NCBI GenBank assembly: GCA_965213685.1
Contig: CBDBZY010000018.1
Location: 704,001 to 768,000 of the forward strand
From: a bacterium
GTDB taxonomy: Bacteria > UBA8248
Length of the DNA stretch: 64,000 nucleotides
Direction: 5' to 3'
Shown: piece by piece, positions 31,250-48,878 of the stretch
How the letters are laid out: each line of letters opens with the position of its first letter
How positions within the stretch are numbered: the stretch's first letter is position 1
Notes under the pieces: model-generated
Told to the model about the DNA's origin: nothing
What the model saw: the letters and a program-made list of their open reading frames with translations, nothing else
Database searches by the model: none
Translations under genes and position numbers: made by a program

Positions 31250-34200
31250 TATTTAATGAGTATAATAATAATAATAACAATAAACAAAGGGATACAAAGA
31301 TAGCCTTAAGCTAATACTATGTATACCCTATGACAAAATGTTTACATAGACAATGTTTAAAAGTAGAGATGGAGTTACAACATGGAAGGGAGGCAGGTAG
31401 TTCATTCCACATACGTACTGATTGGGGGAAGAAAGAAGAGAGGTATTGGCAAGTATGCCCACTAAGATAATGCAAATGATGGCTATGTGATGCACGAGTT
31501 GAATAGTATATTTGACGTTGCACAAGTGGTGGTTCTGTAAAGTAGGTCATGTTGTAATATACTTATAGAGCAAAACGAGTTTCATTCTCTTGAGTCTCAC
31601 TTGTAGAGTATGCAGTAACTCTTCATAGCTCCAGTGCCATTGCTTTGTGCATACTTTTGCCGCAAATTTTTGCACCTTCTCCAGCAGCTGAATATCTTTT
31701 TGCAAGAAAGGGTCCCACACAGTGCATGCATACTGCAAATGTGGACGAATTAGCAAGAGATAGAGATGCTTCATAGTGTTTGTGTCAGCACACTGGTAGA
31801 ATTGCCTGTACACTAGTCCAACAAGTCGTCGAGCTCTTTGACTGACAAGCTGAACATGTCTACTCCACATGAGGTCACTGGTGAGGTTAATGCCAAGATA
31901 TGTGATGGTATTACACTCCTCTATGTGGTGACCATTCAGTAAGAGAGTTGGAAGGACGCATCTCTTTCTTTTTCTTGACACCACCATATAGGCTTACACT
32001 TCTGTTCATTGAAAGTGAGATGGTTTGAATTGCACCAGGCACTAAGGGAGTCAATGTCTTCATGCAGGAATTTGTAATTGTTTCCAGAGGTGACTGGCCG
32101 ATACAAAAGGATGCCATCAGCATAGAGAAGCAGTTTACTCTCATGTGAGAGATTGACAGAGTTAATGCCACTCATGAAAACGATAAACAGTAAAGGACCC
32201 AAGACTGATCCTTGAGGAACTCCTGATGTAATGGGCAGACTACGTGAAATAGAGCCATTTAGAACAGTACGTTGTTTCCTGTCTGTAAGGTAGTCAGATA
32301 TCTAGGCTATAAGAAATGGATCAAGGTTGATATCAACCAGTTTTTGTAAAAGACGTTAATGTGGTACTGAATCAAAGGCCTTTTTAATATCAAAAAAGAT
32401 AGCAGTAACTTCATTTCCCTCTTCTAGTTGTATCAACCAGTCATCTGTAACTTTTATAAAGGCACTAGTAGTTGACCTTTGTGGCAGAAATCCCCATTGG
32501 TTTGATGGAGGTGGGCAAAGAGACTCAAGATTTTTAGCAACTCTGTTATAAATAATTTTCTCCAACACTTTACTCACAACTGAGAGCAAAGATATGGGTC
32601 TGTAGTTGGAGGGTGAAGTACTGTTGGACCCTTTGGGGATTGGCACTACATTTGAGATCTTCCAAACTGATGGGATTCTTTCATGCTTAATCATCTTGTT
32701 AAAGAGTCCAGCAAGTATTGAGGAAATACTCCCAACTATGCCTTTCAGAATTCGAACAGAGATTTGGTCAGGATCTGAGGCTTTAGACACATCCAGTCTC
32801 CAAATAATGTCCATGACTTCCTCTTCATTACACATGAGGTACTCAGGACAGGTGTTTGTGTCATGGTGGAATCATACAGGGTCAGAGCTAAGAGGAGGTA
32901 ATGCTGAATTAAAGCAGCTACAGAAAAACTGGTTGAGAATTTTTGCCTTGTCTTCATTAGAGGTAATGCGCTGCCCATCGTCATATAATACTGGAATTGA
33001 TCAAGTAGTTTTGCCTCTCAATAGCTTTACAGTTATCCAAAAAGCCTTGGTGCTTGTAGGTCTAACATTTTGCACAAAACGTTTCTTGTTAAAATGCAGC
33101 ATACTTACAACTTAATTTCGCAGCTTTCTATACTTTGGAAGATATGAAGTGTTTGTCTTTGACTTCTTCCAGTAATAATTTCGGATTTTCATTTTCCGTC
33201 TTATTGATTTTGTGACCCATGGAAGGCTTCTGTTGTTTTGAATAGTGCTTTGAGGTATATATACGCATATACACTCTTCAAGAATGGACATGAACTTCTC
33301 ATACCAGAGATGCCATAGATCATCAATGTTACCAGATGAACATTGCAATAATATATCCCAGTTGACAGCATCAATGAGTTCACAGGCTCTATCAAAGTCT
33401 GCTTAAGAATAGTTCCAACATTTCCTAGGCAGAACTCTACTGGGAAAATTTTTTCTTCTGATAGTAAGACACAGTCCACTGTAGTCAGAGTTTGAAAGTG
33501 GTGGAATGACACAGCATGACTGCAGTAATCTTAGATTAGATAGAAGTGCCAGGTCAATCATACTTGCTTTTCCAGAAACACAACCCCGAGTGGGTTCCTG
33601 TACAACTTGAGTCAGATAATAACTGTTGAGTATAGTTTGCAAAGAGTGATACAAAGGAGAAGATGAGTCAAGATAATCTACATTAAAATCCCCTATCAAT
33701 ACAAAAATTTAATTTGAGAAATGAACTTGATGCAAAAATAAAGAAAGACTATGTAGATCTGTGTAAACAGAAACAGGAGGAACATACAGAACACACACAC
33801 ACCACAAGCTGTGAGTGACCATCAAACAATTTTACACCTAGCAGGTCCAGATTTTCAGGACCATTGTACACAATGCAGAAGGAGAGAGTATTCCTAATAT
33901 AAAGCATAACACCACCACCATGTCTGTTCCTATCCCACCTAACCAGATTATAGCCATTGATTCTGAGTTCTGAGTCAGATATATATAGAGTCATGTAACC
34001 ATGTTTCCACTATACAAACAATGTCAGGAGTTGTATCAGAACAAATGAGTTTTGGGATAATACTTCTAGCATTGTAGTACAAAGCACTGAGAGTCACAAG
34101 TTCTTTCAAGGAATTAGGAGCTACTTTAGCAGTGCTAGAAGCTACTACTGGTCTAAAAAGGACTGCAATTCACTGGAAGGCATGGAAGAGCCTTTGTCGG

Positions 34201-34610
34201 AAGCAACAGCTAATTCACCAGCAAGAACTGATGTTGAGGTTTCAGGAGCTGTAGTAAGAGCAATACTTGACACCTTATCACAAACAGGGTCAAGAATAGC
34301 AGTTATGTTGTCATTGTGCTGCATACTGATACATGTAAATGAGCCATTTGTGTCATCATTCTCCAAGACCACCACTGCAGGTGATAAAGTGCCATCCACC
34401 ACAGAGCTGTTGCTAGGGGGTGCACTGAAGTTGCAACTGCTGCATCTGATGGTCTTGTGCAGTGTTCAATGCACCAACCTGTTTGCAGGCTGACCTTCTC
34501 CCAATCCTTTTCCAGTGCAAGCAAGGTGTTTTCATCAGCACGCAGTATGAACCACCACTTAGGCTTTCCAGAAGAGGAAATTGCAAATTTTCTGTTTACT
34601 TTCAAAGGGG
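31250..34610 (-). mobile_element. Degenerate, near full-length CR1/L2-group LINE (APE endonuclease + RT), tail-to-tail with the preceding LINE
   Basis: Endonuclease motifs DRNRHGGGVMLY, IGDFNVD and IDLAL. RT motifs YRPISLLSVVSKVLE, FFDIKKAFDSVPH, GVPQGSVLGPLLF and YADG (catalytic D lost), plus RPHLQYACTVWDP. Many stops and frameshifts. Confidence 0.9.
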
Positions 34611-34639
34611 TACATATTTAAAAGAAATTAAAACAAAAG

Positions 34640-36043
<1,404 letters not shown>

Positions 36044-37188
36044 CAATGTGTATAGTGGGAGAGAATAGCTCTCTGTTCTCTCAGCGAGTTGGCATAGCTA
36101 CGTACGTTATCTGTGAAGACATGGGGTGTGCTTGTGTGTGTGTAACTTTATACTGGACATGGTTTTATGGAGGAGTTGAGTGGGGAGGAACTACATACGT
36201 ATACCTACTGATTAGGCGTTTCCATGCTGAAATGTATTTGAACAGAAGGACCTAATTTTAAGATCACCTAAAATAGAAATACCACATTAACCTATGAGCA
36301 TAGCCGGTATTGGAAATGCAACGGTCTTTGAATTTTTCATCACTGTCTGTTGTAGTTTGCACATACACTTATGTAATAAGTAAACATAGTTCAATCTTAT
36401 TATGCTTTCATTCATTTATCTGGGCTGTGGCTCGGCTAGCAAATACTAAAAGGGGGGGATCCCAAGCCCCGAGTGTCTCCATCCCACCCGATAAGAACCC
36501 AGTCATATAGTCATTATTGTCACGAGAGTCAAACTGCAGATTGTTTGAGCAATGATGAGGTGCTGTACACGTGACAAATTGCATAAGCAGAAGTTAATCT
36601 CAACAAATGTAGCTGAGTCTTCTATTTCATCCTTAGACTTTGTGTACATGTAGGCAAGAGCAGCTGGCAGATACCATAGTTAACCGTGACTTGTATACTC
36701 CCCGTTAACGGTACACAGCACGCGTCAGTACTTTTTACAGAACACCTTGTGATCCAAAATGCGACGTAAATCCCTCCCTCCCCCTCCAATAGGATTACAC
36801 TGTATGTTGCCGCTATGGCTTTCTTTTCCAGCCAAAATTCTCCCCGGAAGCAGATGTGTAATAACAAGCTGCGCGGACGCGGCGCACGGCACCATGTACG
36901 TGTACATTTAGTATGTACATGTGTGGCAGCTGGCCAGGGGACAGAGCAGGCTATGGAGTGCTGCAGTGTCCTATCACGGAGGAAGGTTACAGGATGATCG
37001 ATAGACTGGGTGAGTTTGTCCGCGTACGAAAGCTACTCTATAAACGAGCGGTTCCACTCGTTTATATATGATCTATGTTGCTACGTGAAAAAACTAGGCC
37101 TACCTCAGTTGGATGCTGCGCAGCCTGTTGATTGTCAAGTGTGTGCCAACACAACCACTGGCGGGGGACAGGCCTGCTGAGCTGTGAT

Positions 37189-37334
<146 letters not shown>

Positions 37335-38140
37335 GGATGCTGAGCAGGTGTAGTCTTATGGTTTCATGAACAGAACACATGATACCTAGTACCCCTACAT
37401 GTACAGTACATGTAGTTATCCCTTTCGCTCTCAAAAGTGCGCATTTTTGCGCACTTTCTAAAATAGCGTAAAACCGGAGAAATATGAAATATTTGATGAT
37501 GTAATGTCGGCATGCAGGCAATTTACTGATAAAGAACTCCCATGCACTCCTTGAAGTGGCCTCTCGGCGCTTGGATGTGGTGGTCGGAGCTTTGATGTAG
37601 CTGTCATCTCTGCTATTGTATACTTAAGAAAAAATAAATAAAAGCAGGAAGCCTAGTAGGCAGTGTGAGGAAGTGTCAGGAAGAGCTAGAGGTGGCTGGA
37701 GTGAAGTTTGGGCTCTGCACATAGCCATAAATGGGCCGCGCGGCTTCGATCTGTAGGAATGCGGAGATTTGAATTGGTTGCCAGGAGACTTGCGGGCTAT
37801 GCCATTGCCATAGAGGTAGCCAGGTGACCGGAAGAGCCGGAAGTAAACGGAGATCTAAGAAAGACCGTGTCACGTCGTTCGCTCGTTCCATTGCGGGAGC
37901 GCAAGTGAAAGGGTTATTACAACATCTGGCCTGTCCCTATGAGCCTAAGACCCACCCTCTGGACTGCATGGCAGGACCAACCGGTCCTGTTGGTACATGG
38001 TCCAGTTTGGCTGGACCATACGTTTGGGAGAGAATAGGCATTTCCATGCATTGCTAAGTGTTAGGACATGATTGGCTGCTGGCAGGCATGCTTATGAGCA
38101 GACATCAACACCACCGTCCCAGTTGTGCTATGGTAGCACC

Positions 38141-38196
38141 TAGCCTCGTACCCAGGCCACGTGCCTTCCACGCAGCACGGCATGAATATGAAGCTA
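38141..38196. mobile_element. 56-bp Academ(H)-like MITE remnant
   Basis: TAGCCTCGTA...TATGAAGCTA termini; 9-bp TSD GGTAGCACC/GGTAACACC (8/9). Confidence 0.65.
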
Positions 38197-38621
38197 GGTA
38201 ACACCACATGGCCAGTGCGTTCTTTATAGTCCCTCGGGCCCTTAGTAGCTGTGCTCGGACACTGCAGCCCAGGGCCCTCTAGATCATGGCATAAATCATG
38301 TAGAATCCATGGACTGGTGATGTACAGTGTATGTAGGTCAGTCAGCAGGACTTATGCACATGTATACATGTATGTACGTAGTGCTTGTTGTACGAGTAGT
38401 TAGCACTGGAAGGTGCTTATAATATGTACATGTACATGTAAGTAACCATGGATCCATTAGTATAGATTTCATACTTTATACATTATTATAAATTTCATAC
38501 TTTTTAAACAGATTTTGTACTTTGCACTCCACTATCATCACTGCACATGTATGTACATGTACATGAGTCCCCACTCCTGAATGGCTGGATCAAATTTAGA
38601 ATGCTGCGACCTGCAATCCTA

Positions 38622-38764
<143 letters not shown>

Positions 38765-39127
38765 GGGGGGCTTAGTAGAAGAGAGAGAGGGGGGGGCGGA
38801 TGCTTAGTAGAGGCTACAGTACATACTATACATGTACAAAGTATACAGAGCTTATTTTACATGTACATGTACATGTGCTTGATGCATACTACATCTTTTA
38901 GTAGGAGATGCCCACACTGGTAACTGGCTGGATGTCATAAATAGCACTTAGGATGTATCGTAGTACAAGTAAGCCATACCATGGGCTTCGGTGTATGGAT
39001 TGTCTCCTTCATGCAGTTACACTGTATGTACATGTATTCTCTTGGCCTGTGCCCTCGGGAATACTGCCCTCGGGTTGCAAACCCCATACACCCTAGAAGC
39101 CTGTGGTACAACTATTACATGTACAGT

Positions 39128-39163
39128 CAGGAGCTTATGAGCGGCGCCGCTCATAAGCTCCTG
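39128..39163. mobile_element. 36-bp perfect-palindrome mini element (two fused TIR ends) with 7-bp TSD
   Basis: CAGGAGCTTATGAGCGGCGCCGCTCATAAGCTCCTG flanked by GTACAGT on both sides; same ends as 43247-43846. Confidence 0.9.
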
Positions 39164-39363
39164 GTACAGTACATGGCTGGCTGTCACCCGGTCAGGTGGT
39201 AGAGCACTGACAGCTAAAGTCAGAGGCCCCGGTTCAATCCTGGGTGGCTGCCGGTTTTTCTCAGTTCTCTAAAAATATTCCCAAGCCTTTCCTCATGTAC
39301 AACACACACACACACACACACGCACATGTATGCACATGTGCACGCACGTATGTACACACGCAT

Positions 39364-39424
<61 letters not shown>

Positions 39425-39784
39425 TACATGAGTACACATACACATACATACAATATGTTGCCGTGTGTGTTATACTTTTATTTGTTTATTTCTTTCTCTT
39501 CCTTCCTTTCCTCTTCTTTGTAGTGCTTATATACAAGTAAGTGATTTTTCATGCACATGTACAGTGCACACACTCTCGCTGGAGGTTACTATGGAATGGC
39601 ATGTACATGTACAAGAAGACTTACGTACATGTACATGTACTATACTGTAGCTATATCACTCACTCACTCACCCAATATGCTAGCATACACATGTACTACT
39701 ACACTTTTTATGTACATGCATGCTGGACAGTACAATGTGTTGTGACCATTTTTGCCTACTCATCTCGTGTTGGTGGGTGCATTT

Positions 39785-40020
39785 GGTAGCAGGATACATG
39801 CTCCTTGCAATAGGGCATACACTTGGTACATGTACATACATGTACATGTACGATGGGGGTGGTACTTTGTTATAGGTGGTACACTTTGTAGTAGGGAGCA
39901 TGCTTTGTAATTGGGGATACGCATGTACATACTTTGCAATAGGGGGTACACTTTGTAGTAGGGAGTATGCTTTGTAATTGGGGATATGCATGTATATACT
40001 TTGTAATAGGGGGTATACAT
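39785..40020. repeat. Degenerate ~20-bp minisatellite (TACACTTTGTAGTAGGG-like); a ~36-bp minisatellite follows at about 40320-40505
   Basis: Recurring CTTTG(T/C)A(A/G)TAGGG units; TTTTCTAAGCCATAGAGG..CAGATT units in the second array. Confidence 0.7.
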
Positions 40021-41065
40021 GATGCTATAGATAGTAATGACGTACTCTAGTGCTAAGAATAACACCTCCAGCTGCTATACATAGTGTGCATGCATTTTTG
40101 AATCACCAGTTACTTCATGGTCAGTAGGAGAAGGTCAGGGTGTTTGCTGTGTGTCTTTGTCCTGTTTGTCTTGTGTGGTTGATAGATGATCCACATGAGT
40201 GGTGAGAGTTGGTGCACTGTAAAAGATCTTTAACCAGCTCTCAAGGTTGGGCATGTGGACCATCTGTTAAGCTAATTTGTTGTAGTTAGTGTGTGTGTAT
40301 CTTTCTAAGTTTCATGAACTAATTTTCTAAGCTGGATATGGAACAGATTATATTTTTCTAAGCCATAGAGGCTGCCAGATTCTATTTTTATAAGCCATAA
40401 AGGATGTGCAGATTCTAATTTTCTGAGCCATAGAGGGTGTACAGATTCTATTTTCCTAAGCCGTAGAGGCTGTACAGGTTATATTTTTCAAAACCATTGA
40501 GGTTGTTGTAATTTTCTTTCCTTCTCTTTCTTTCCCTTCTCCTTCCTTTCCAAATAGTGCTATGTACTTGATTGTTCATGTACATGTACTTCTTGATAGG
40601 GAGTACACTTTGTAGCCTGTCCTTTCAGCTGTGTAGGGCCTGTAGCCTGTCCTTTCTGTTACATTAGCCTCATTATTGCTGGTTCTGATGTTGTGTTAGT
40701 TGGCAGAGTACAGGAGATTGGAAGTGTGTGTAATGTGGTGGAGATTGTTTAGCATTCACAGTGGTGCTGAATCTGCTGAAAGGGATACAGTATGTGATGA
40801 TGTGTATATGTACATGAACATGCCACACAGTGTGCTGTGCTCCACTACTGCTCTTGTCCATAAGACTTGCCATATGACATGTCCCACAAAATATTATACA
40901 GTATTGCATAACACTTCCTGCGGTCCCCCCCTTGCCCTCACTTCCTCCTCTTGTGTCCCTACTCTCCTTCTCTCCCACATCCTGCACCTCATCCCACTCT
41001 CCCTCCTCTCCCGTCTCTCCCTCTTCCACCTTTCTCCTCACCCCTCCCTCCCCCTCCTCCCACAG

Positions 41066-42570
<1,505 letters not shown>

Positions 42571-43246
42571 GAGCTGCAATCTTCTGCAAGGCTCGTTCGT
42601 GCTGAGCAGCCCCACTGATGCTGATCTCGTTGTGATGTACCTCAGTGCTAGGCCCAGGGGGCTCCCTCACCCACTCCCCTCACCTCACCACTGGCCCTCT
42701 CCCTCCTCACCCTCTCCGGCCCCCAGGAACATGTTGAAGCCAACGATGAGGTCAGGGGAGAGGGATAAGGTACATGTGCTGTGTATGGAGATTCACGCAT
42801 TCGCAAAGTTTTGGTTGGCAGGCATGTGCATGATATGGTGTGCTTAAATTATGATTTCTCATGTACACAATGTACATGTACATGTACATATCTTGTACTT
42901 AGTGAGACCTGGATGGGATGATCTCGTTGCAGTTCACCTCAGTCCTAAGCCCAGGGGCAGGGGGGCAGGAACATGTTGAAGCCAACGATGCGGTCAGGGG
43001 AGAGGGAGAAGGTACATCTACATGTACTGTGTACATGTCAATGGATGCATGTATGCACTAAGTGTTGGTTGGCACTTGGCAGGCGTGTTATGGTGTCCTC
43101 AATATATGATTTCTCCTGTACACGCAATGTACATGTGCATGTACAGTGTGCATACAACTGTTACTGTACTTGTACATGTACATGTACATGTGCTTGTACT
43201 TAGTGAGACCTGGATGGGCTGATTGCTAAACTGTTGTATATATCAG

Positions 43247-43846
43247 CAGGAGCTTATGAGCGGCGAAGCCACGAAGGAGCGTGTAACTCCGGTTCCATCC
43301 AAATCCTGATTAGTTACGTAGTTCCGTTTTAGTGACGTACATTACGCGTCGTGCGGTTTGTTACTTTGCGTGCGGTCAGTGCAGCAGCACAAGAAAAGGA
43401 TGGCAGCACTCCACCATCGTCCAAGAAGAGGCTGGAAGTGAGCCTCCGACGAAGAAGCGGCGCTTACGGAAGAAGGAAATGGTGGAGCTCCGTCGGTGTT
43501 TGTTGTCGATCGAGCCTCCGCGTTCTAAAAGAAGGCGCCCCGGAGCGGTTAGGTGTCCCAGCGTCGTCAAATCTACCCCGCTTTTGCGGCAAACTGCTAG
43601 CGTTGTCACACGCTTAGCTATTTAGGTTAAGCGCCGCGCCGCTCTGTAGCCTCTGAGTGAGTGAAAAATTTTCTCAGATCGCTATCACGGAATGCGTAGG
43701 TGGCATGGTGCGTCACTCTGACGCTTGATTGAACGAGTGGTTTCCATATTTGGAAGTTAGCTGGCTAATGATTTGGATTTGGATGGCACCCAGGTGTAGG
43801 CGGTAGTTACACGCTCCTTCGCGGCTTCGCCGCTCATAAGCTCCTG
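43247..43846. mobile_element. 600-bp non-autonomous P-superfamily-like TIR element
   Basis: About 42-bp TIR CAGGAGCTTATGAGCGGCGAAGCC.CGAAGGAGCGTGTAACT; 7-bp TSD ATATCAG. Confidence 0.9.
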
Positions 43847-44916
43847 ATATCAGCCAACCTTATGCAGCTCAGTGGTTGTGGGTCGAATTAGGCAATACAA
43901 AGTATCTCTATACCACCTGATAAACAGTACATACGTGCCATGTGTGCTCCTGCACAGGCCATCGTGCAGTGTGTTTACATGCACATTGTAGGTGTACAGG
44001 TGCTTCATGTGTGTGTGTACATGTACAGTGTGTGTATATGGTGCATGTTTATGTGTGTGTGGTGGGAAGGGGTTGAGTGCACATTCCAAGCCTCACGTAG
44101 CCTGGCAACAGGTGTACCTGTGCATGTGTATATGGTAGAGGTCTACAGAAGTAACTCCATCTTGTTCCAGGTTTACCTCTTTTTCCCTCTCCCTCCCTTT
44201 CTTCCTCCCTCCCTCCCACAGTCTACAGTGAGGTGTGCGCTACATAACATGATTATCATACCTACATGTACTTGTATGCAAGTGTGTACAGCAAAAGTCA
44301 TTATATACATAGCTCTCCTGTTGTTATGATTCCTCTTCCTCTTCTCCCTCCCTGCCTCCTTTCTTCCCTCTCACTTAGACTGCAGTGAGGCTAATGCCAG
44401 ATGAAGTCGTACTGTTGAGCAAGGCTCTGATTCCAGTGGCACAGTAAGACATAAGATGTAGAGATACGTATTAGCCTGGCAGCAGATGTACCTGTAAATG
44501 TGTGTATGGCAGAGGTGTACAGAAGTAACCCCCTCCTGTTTCCCGATTACCTCGTTTTCCTCCCTCCCTTTCTTCGTTCTTCCTCCTTTCCCACAGTGAG
44601 GTTAGTGCTGGATGAATTCATATTGTGGAGCAGAGCAGTGTTCCACTGGCATAGTAAGACCACCCCCCCCCCCCCCACCGCATACACACACACACACAGG
44701 GGAGAAGGCCGTCAATGAATGTACATGTTCCGTGTGTACATTTTATGTACATCAATTAATGTACATGTACAATTATGTATGTCAAGAGAAGGCCACAACT
44801 AGGCAGGTCAGTACACACACACAACATGTACATGTACAATGTGCATATGCATTGCTTTTATCCGTATGTGTGTGTATACATGCAAGTGACAAACAAAAAA
44901 AACAAGCACACATACA

Positions 44917-44975
<59 letters not shown>

Positions 44976-45366
44976 CCACCCCTTTCCTTTCCCCCTCCCC
45001 TTCTCCTCCTCTCCTTCACTCTCACCTCCTCCCTCCTCCGTCTCTTCCCATAGGATCACTTTGGAATTGTTGTGTGGCACATGCCAGATATTTCTCCCCC
45101 CTCCCCCCCACGCACACACACATCTTAGGATCAGCATCATTGACATCTAAGTGTGCATTTGTTTATATATTATGTTGTTTTTCATTACCCTTCTTGTGGT
45201 TCCTATTGTGGTTCCTATTGTATGATACTAGCTGTTGTGCTATTTGCACTTCATACAAATACAGTAGGAGCAGGTACTGTTGTGATCTGCTATGCTTTGC
45301 TTATAACTGTATACCTCATTAAGTCTTGTGCATGTGAACATACTATATAGTGTATGTGTGCGTACA

Positions 45367-45415
<49 letters not shown>

Positions 45416-45516
45416 GCGTGTGCGTGTGCGTGTGCGTGTGCGTGTGTGTGTCTGTGTCTGTCTGTCTGTCTGTCTGTCTGCCTGTCTGTCTGTCTGTGCA
45501 CGTGCATGAATTCATG

Positions 45517-45553
<37 letters not shown>

Positions 45554-45834
45554 ACGTGCATATGAGTGCTTGTGTAAAGGAGCAATTGCATGTTGAGTCA
45601 CGCACACAACTGGAAGCCATTTACTGCAAACAGATTGTAGCTCTTAGTTGGATATGTACTTATCACAATGGTGCATCGAGTTTGAGTTTGTGGTGTGAGC
45701 AAAACGGACACTCTGAGAAGCAGACAACCTCTGTAGAATGGACAAACTGCCAGTATACTGTCACTACACTTCTACCTCTGAGACACTGACAACTTCTAAT
45801 CTCTGACAACAGACTAATTTCACGCCACATGCAC

Positions 45835-46205
45835 ACAAATAAATACATTTTCCAAATATTTAGAGGGATGTTTGGATGGGAGTGCCAAAAACCACACAAA
45901 CTAGATTCTATGGATGGCAGTGTGCAGGCAACACAGGGCATAGGAGGACCACACAAGTACCCACCCTATGTCTTCTTTTTCATTTTCCTGACTGACACAA
46001 AGCTGTTTCCAGCAATCTCACAGCAAAGCTTAAAGATAAACGTTGCATTCAAAAGAAACAAAAAAGGTGTAGGGATGGGGTTACTTGAGTATATACTCCT
46101 ATGCCCTGTGGTCCCTGCACACTGCCATCTACGTGTCTAGTTTATGTGGTGTTTGGCACTGCCATCCATACATCCCTCTACATGTTTGCAAAATGTGTTT
46201 CATAG
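45835..46205. mobile_element. Inverted-repeat (MITE-like) element; related copy at about 52980-53315
   Basis: GGATGGCAGTG.../...CACTGCCATCC arms facing each other at both loci; exact ends not resolved. Confidence 0.55.
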
Positions 46206-46861
46206 TCGTTTGTGTGCTTCAAATCTCTTAAAAATGAATCTAATAGAAAAAATAGAGCAATTTGGCGGTTTAGTCATTTTCTGGCAATAATACTCTTTAG
46301 CTACTTGGGAGGTGTTTTTGGGTAGAGAAATGCCTGAATGAGGTTGCTAAGCACCTAAACGTTCTTAGAATGCTAGCATGAGTGAGTTTAGGAGGCTTTT
46401 GTGTGTACACACATACTATGGGTGTGTGGCCACACACAGAGAGTCTACAAAATTAATAACTAGCAGAAGAGGGAATGCAACACAATTTTAATAGGATGAA
46501 GAGTAATTTGCTTTCATGTACATGTGTTTAGATGCAATGAACAACACTGTTCACAGTGGAAAAAATACTTAATAATTGTTTATGGAATAATTATCATGCC
46601 ATAAGCATTGCACAATTTTGGGGGATTACTTTTGTATATCCTCCTATGTATATCCTCCTGGGTTTACTTGTATATCTTCTTATGCCCTGTGTTTCCTGCA
46701 CACTGCCATCCATGTGTCTAGTTTGTGTTGTTGTGGCCTGCCATAATTATTATGGCAGGTCACAATGAATGAAAATATACACATGCAAAGAATAGCAAAT
46801 CTCCTGTGCTTAGCTCAACAGATCTTGTCCATCTACCAAGACAGGAGAAAAATCTTCAGTA

Positions 46862-47099
46862 ACTTAAGGTGACTATTATTTACAGGTACATTATTTGGCG
46901 ATTTTGGGATTATTATCATTTTGCAGGTACTAAATTTTGCTATTTTCACTTGTGAGTGAGATGACCAATCTTTCAAATGTAATGTTGAGAAGACTACAAG
47001 CTAGTAAAACTTTTGTTTGCGTGTACAAAATTTTGCATTTTTGTGCCAATCCGCAAAAGTTTCAAACATTCGTACCTGCAAAAAATAGTCACCTTAAGG
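46862..47099. mobile_element. About 240-bp MITE with TA flanks
   Basis: CTTAAGGTGACTATT...CAGGTAC / GTACCTG...AATAGTCACCTTAAG TIR pair. Confidence 0.7.
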
Positions 47100-47908
47100 T
47101 ATATTTGAAGTGTCTAATTCTATTGTGATTGCATAGCACAAGATTTCCAATGACAATATTATGCTGCCAATGTATTGCAAAATTCAGTCACAATATTATT
47201 ACATTGCTTAAACTTTCAATTTCAAAAACTATAAGTCATGATGAGCTGTAGCTCTAATACACAATTATTCTAATAGATACATGGATAACAATCACCAAAT
47301 AAGTATGAAAACATCTGTCTCTATATACAGAAGCAATGAAGTCGGAGCAAAGTGCAGGAAATTATCCCTTTCACCTCATTAGGATGAGAGAAAAATGCTT
47401 GGAATTTGAAATAGGAAGCAGAGAGAAGTAATTGGTTGTCAGGTTGGGGTTGCCTACCTCAGTCCCTTTGAGCATATGAGAACTTGGCTCGCTGAGATAT
47501 TAGAATTTTTTTCTACTCCCCTTTTCAGCTTATTTCATTTCTTCTTCTCCTATGAGCCTCTTGCTATGTTGCATAATATGTATCTTAATCATGTGGCAGT
47601 CCAAGGTTCTATAGTCTCCACGCATGCAGCGATGGACATAAACCTTGTAGAAGAAATGTATTGATTAAAAATATCTTGAGAGAATTGTAAGACCATTAAC
47701 CACTACAGGATATAGGCCATACTAGTAATTGTGATTTCCATTAGCAAATACTGGTACTTACGTTTTACAGACATCTGAATGCAATGTAATGCTACACAAT
47801 ACTAATGCGTGCACATACCAGGGAAGCAACATTGTCCTTATGTAGCAGAAGGTCCTGTCTTTTGATCCAGACTGGGAGATGAAGCACTGCTCACAAATAC
47901 AAACATAT

Positions 47909-48141
<233 letters not shown>

Positions 48142-48156
48142 CACACACACACACAC

Positions 48157-48189
<33 letters not shown>

Positions 48190-48190
48190 T

Positions 48191-48315
<125 letters not shown>

Positions 48316-48878
48316 GATGAGATGAGTTCACTCTTCCAAGGGGTGTATACTTGCATCGAAATAGTATTATGCCTCATGATAACATTGTGTAGCACTCTTA
48401 TGAGAATGGCCACATCATCAGGAAGTGTAAATTTCAATCATGACAAATTCAGAATGCAGTTCAACATGGAACGTATGAAACATTATATCCAATGAAGATA
48501 ATATGGCTATATTGTCTGTGCCCATAATCAGTTCAGCTTGAAAGTTGTTTATTTGTTAACATTTTCAACTTCACAAGTAGTCATGTGAAAATAATTGTTA
48601 TGAACATATTATTTCTTGTGCAGCTACACCACAGAAAGAGCATTATATGCATTTCGTCACTGTAGTTTTAATATCACTGATAGTTGGGGTGTTCATGGCT
48701 CTGGCCAGCATACTGCTAGAGCCATTGCATGCAGGGATCATTAACTGTGCTTCTATAGTTCTAGGGTGTGGTGTACCACTTAGTGACCATTTTGTTGTGG
48801 CAGAGTAGCCACAAAGTTGTTCAGGAATTATGGAATCACTATTGATTGCTTGTGCGGAATAGAGATGCTTATAGATGC

